Source: Clostridia bacterium
GTDB taxonomy: Bacteria; Bacillota; Clostridia; Oscillospirales; CAG-272
Assembly: GCA_017625065.1 (NCBI GenBank)
Contig: JAGALS010000075.1
Coordinates: 3,659-67,658, forward strand
DNA length: 64,000 nucleotides
Reading direction: 5' to 3'
A program made the position numbers and the translations under genes. How positions within the stretch are numbered: position 1 is the first letter of the stretch; each line of letters begins with the position of its first letter. Below are positions 62,603 to 64,000 of the stretch, one piece after another. Under the pieces are notes generated by a model. That model had not been told where the DNA came from. It saw only the letters and a list, made by a program, of their open reading frames with translations, and did no database searches.

Positions 62603-62986
62603 AGTTTTTTCTCCTTGTCATTTTTCTTTTTGGATAGCGCATAACCAACGCGAGTTTTTGCTCGCCTCCCCATTATAGCACACTCTTTGGACGGATTTTG
62701 TCGGTGCTTTTTGGCGAAAATTGGGGTTTTTGAGTGAATTTGCACAATAAAATGTGAGCTTTGTAGATTCCGCTCACACAAAAGCGGTCGTTTTTATTCA
62801 TTTTGTGTATAATTATTCGGCATTTTTACATTTCCCTTTTTTACCGAGAAGCTTTTCAAACGATAATAGCCTTTTTGTAAAACGCGCTATACATCATTTC
62901 CCTTTTTCTCCATCTTTTGATTCTTGCCAAAATGCAAGGAATTTGCTAAAATAAAAGCGATCGTTCACAAGGCAGAAAGGTAAAAT

Positions 62987-63271
62987 ATGCATAACAAAAA
63001 ATTTTGTATGAATATGAGAAAAAATGATGATCCCAAAAAGCGTCTATCCCCTATAACCAAGGGTGTTTTTTTCGTAGGTATGCTGTTGATCTACAGTTCT
63101 TTGTTCCGTTTGATCCTTGAGATCACGGCGCAAGCTCCCTTCACCGCCGCCAAGGCAGACCTCTTTGGAAGATGGCTGGAGTACCCTGTGGCTGCGTTGA
63201 TGTTATTAACAGCCTCTACTTATTTAATAGAACGCGTGATACGGGAAAATACATCTCAAAAAGAAAAATAA
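62987..63271 (+). CDS. Hypothetical small 2-TM membrane protein
   Basis: Weak GAAAGG RBS and two hydrophobic helices (GVFFVGMLLIYSSLF, YPVAALMLLTASTYLI). There is no homology evidence. Confidence 0.35.
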   Translation: MHNKKFCMNMRKNDDPKKRLSPITKGVFFVGMLLIYSSLFRLILEITAQAPFTAAKADLFGRWLEYPVAALMLLTASTYLIERVIRENTSQKEK

Positions 63272-63289
63272 AAAAGTTTCAAAAAGGTA

Positions 63290-63318
63290 TTGACAAGCGA
63301 GTTCGGATGTGTTATAAT
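63290..63318 (+). promoter_or_regulatory. Consensus sigma-70-type promoter driving the tRNA pair
   Basis: TTGACA (63290-63295), 17-nt spacer, TATAAT (63313-63318), 18 nt upstream of tRNA-Thr. Confidence 0.6.
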
Positions 63319-63335
63319 TGCAACGTTCCGAAATC

Positions 63336-63410
63336 GCTGGTGTGGCTCAATGGCAGAGCAGCTGATTTGTAATCAGCAGGTTGATGGTTCGACTCCGTTC
63401 ACCAGCTCCA
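63336..63410 (+). tRNA. tRNA-Thr (anticodon UGU), CCA encoded
   Basis: Manual cloverleaf: acceptor GCTGGTG/CACCAGC, D arm GCTC-AATGGCA-GAGC, anticodon arm GCTGA-TTTGTAA-TCAGC, and T arm GATGG-TTCGACT-CCGTT (with wobble pairs). Discriminator T, then CCA. Confidence 0.9.
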
Positions 63411-63458
63411 GTGATATTCGGCGGCGGTTCGCCGCCGATATCATCAAAAACTCAATAT

Positions 63459-63543
63459 GGGAGCGTTCCCGAGTGGCCAAAGGGGACAGACTGTAAATCT
63501 GCTGGCAATGCCTTCGGTGGTCCGAATCCACCCGCTCCCACCA
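63459..63543 (+). tRNA. tRNA-Tyr (anticodon GUA), class II long variable arm, CCA encoded
   Basis: Acceptor GGGAGCG/CGCTCCC, D region TTCCCGAGTGGCCAAAGGGG, anticodon loop CTGTAAA, long variable arm, and T loop TCCGAAT. It closely parallels the bacterial tRNA-Tyr layout. Confidence 0.9.
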
Positions 63544-63583
63544 CAACAAAAGCCCGACCGAAACGGTCGGGCTTTTGTTGTGG
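63541..63583 (+). terminator. Long perfect hairpin terminator immediately after tRNA-Tyr
   Basis: CCACAACAAAAGCCCGACCG-AAA-CGGTCGGGCTTTTGTTGTGG (20-bp stem). The GC core is followed by TTTTGTTG. Confidence 0.7.
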
Positions 63584-63756
63584 TGAGCGCGGTGGCCCTT
63601 CGGGACACCGCGTGGTGAAGATCTGCGAAGCGGATCTTCATGCCACCCGTCAGGGTGGCGGTCGAATAGGCGGCTTCGCCGCCGTCCACCCGCTCCGATT
63701 GTGCAGGGCTTTTGTTGTGGTGAGCGCGGTGGCCCTTTGGGACGCCGCGTGGTGAA
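63569..63756. repeat. 51-nt direct repeat pair (63569-63619 and 63706-63756) flanking a hairpin array
   Basis: GGGCTTTTGTTGTGGTGAGCGCGGTGGCCCTT(C/T)GGGAC(A/G)CCGCGTGGTGAA occurs twice. The 12 nt TCCACCCGCTCC of the tRNA-Tyr 3' end (63527-63538) is also repeated at 63685-63696. Confidence 0.8.
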
Positions 63757-63828
63757 ATCTGCAAAAATCGCAATTCCATAATTGACTTTTCTATCAAAAC
63801 ATGTTACACTTGCTTTGAGGTGATAAGC

Positions 63829-64000
63829 ATGAAAAACAACTTTATAAAAGCAACGAACGAATACAATACGTTTGAGCATCATATTCCGGCACCCTATCTG
63901 CGCAAAAGCTTTTTCGTCGATGGCGGGTATGACGCAAAATTGCGCATTGCCTGTTGCGGGTTTTACCGCCTTTTTTTGAACGGGAAAGAACTGACAAAGG
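63829..64000 (+). CDS. Alpha-L-rhamnosidase (GH78)-like protein, N-terminal fragment (runs off the window)
   Basis: GAGG RBS, then ATG 63829. The translation MKNNFIKATNEYNTFEHHIPAPYLRKSFFVDGGYDAKLRIACCGFYRLFLNGKELTK matches the Bac_rhamnosid_N pattern aP.fRk.F......A.L.i...G.Y.l.lNGk. Confidence 0.5.
   Translation, partial: MKNNFIKATNEYNTFEHHIPAPYLRKSFFVDGGYDAKLRIACCGFYRLFLNGKELTK

Noticed and set aside
63290-63830. Integrated mobile element or prophage at tRNA-Tyr
   Set aside because: Only about 150 nt lie between the duplicated tRNA 3' segments, and no integrase or other mobile genes are present. I report it only as a possible scar.
63373-63882. ORFs of 117-169 aa on both strands across the tRNA region
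   Set aside because: They overlap tRNA-Thr, tRNA-Tyr, the terminator and the direct repeats. Their repeated peptide segments are artefacts of the DNA repeat.

Overview
This 64-kb window looks like a chromosomal segment from a moderately GC-rich Clostridia-type Firmicute. That placement is an inference from AddAB instead of RecBCD, the yajC/TIGR04086-like locus, the TIGR03960/TIGR03936 radical-SAM pair and strong AGGAGG-type RBSs. It holds about 50 tightly packed protein genes, mostly housekeeping: htpG, coaD-rsmD-uvrC, an HPr gene, rimM-trmD, yajC, murA, an HtrA/OmpR-type/HisKA trio, addB-addA, rbfA-nrnA, pgk-tpiA, eno, nrdR, rlmB, and tRNA-Thr(UGU) plus tRNA-Tyr(GUA) behind a consensus promoter. 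Accessory content includes a ~1800-aa membrane-anchored surface protein (2x LamG, GDPD, beta-helix-like region, Cys-rich repeats), a BspA-type LRR lipoprotein, an SDR/ThDP-enzyme sugar-modification pair with a DUF4091-like protein, an AraC/GH2/DMT cassette, and the start of a GH78-like gene. I found no rRNA, CRISPR array, transposase, integrase, or recognisable defence or toxin-antitoxin system. The most unusual items are: (1) a minus-strand gene string rlmB / 1006-aa protein (long disordered N-terminus plus a catalytically degenerate P1B-type ATPase-like membrane body) / TIGR03960 radical SAM / TIGR03936; (2) an RluA pseudouridine synthase fused to a CYTH domain; (3) an orphan ScfB-N-terminal-like ORF where the SCIFF operon usually sits; (4) a 61-bp tandem repeat array upstream of the giant surface protein; (5) a ~310-bp non-coding element bounded by inverted repeats; (6) several intergenic hairpin arrays, one carrying an orphan plus-strand terminator and one duplicating the 3' end of tRNA-Tyr. 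All functional calls come from motif recognition by eye, since no searches could be run.
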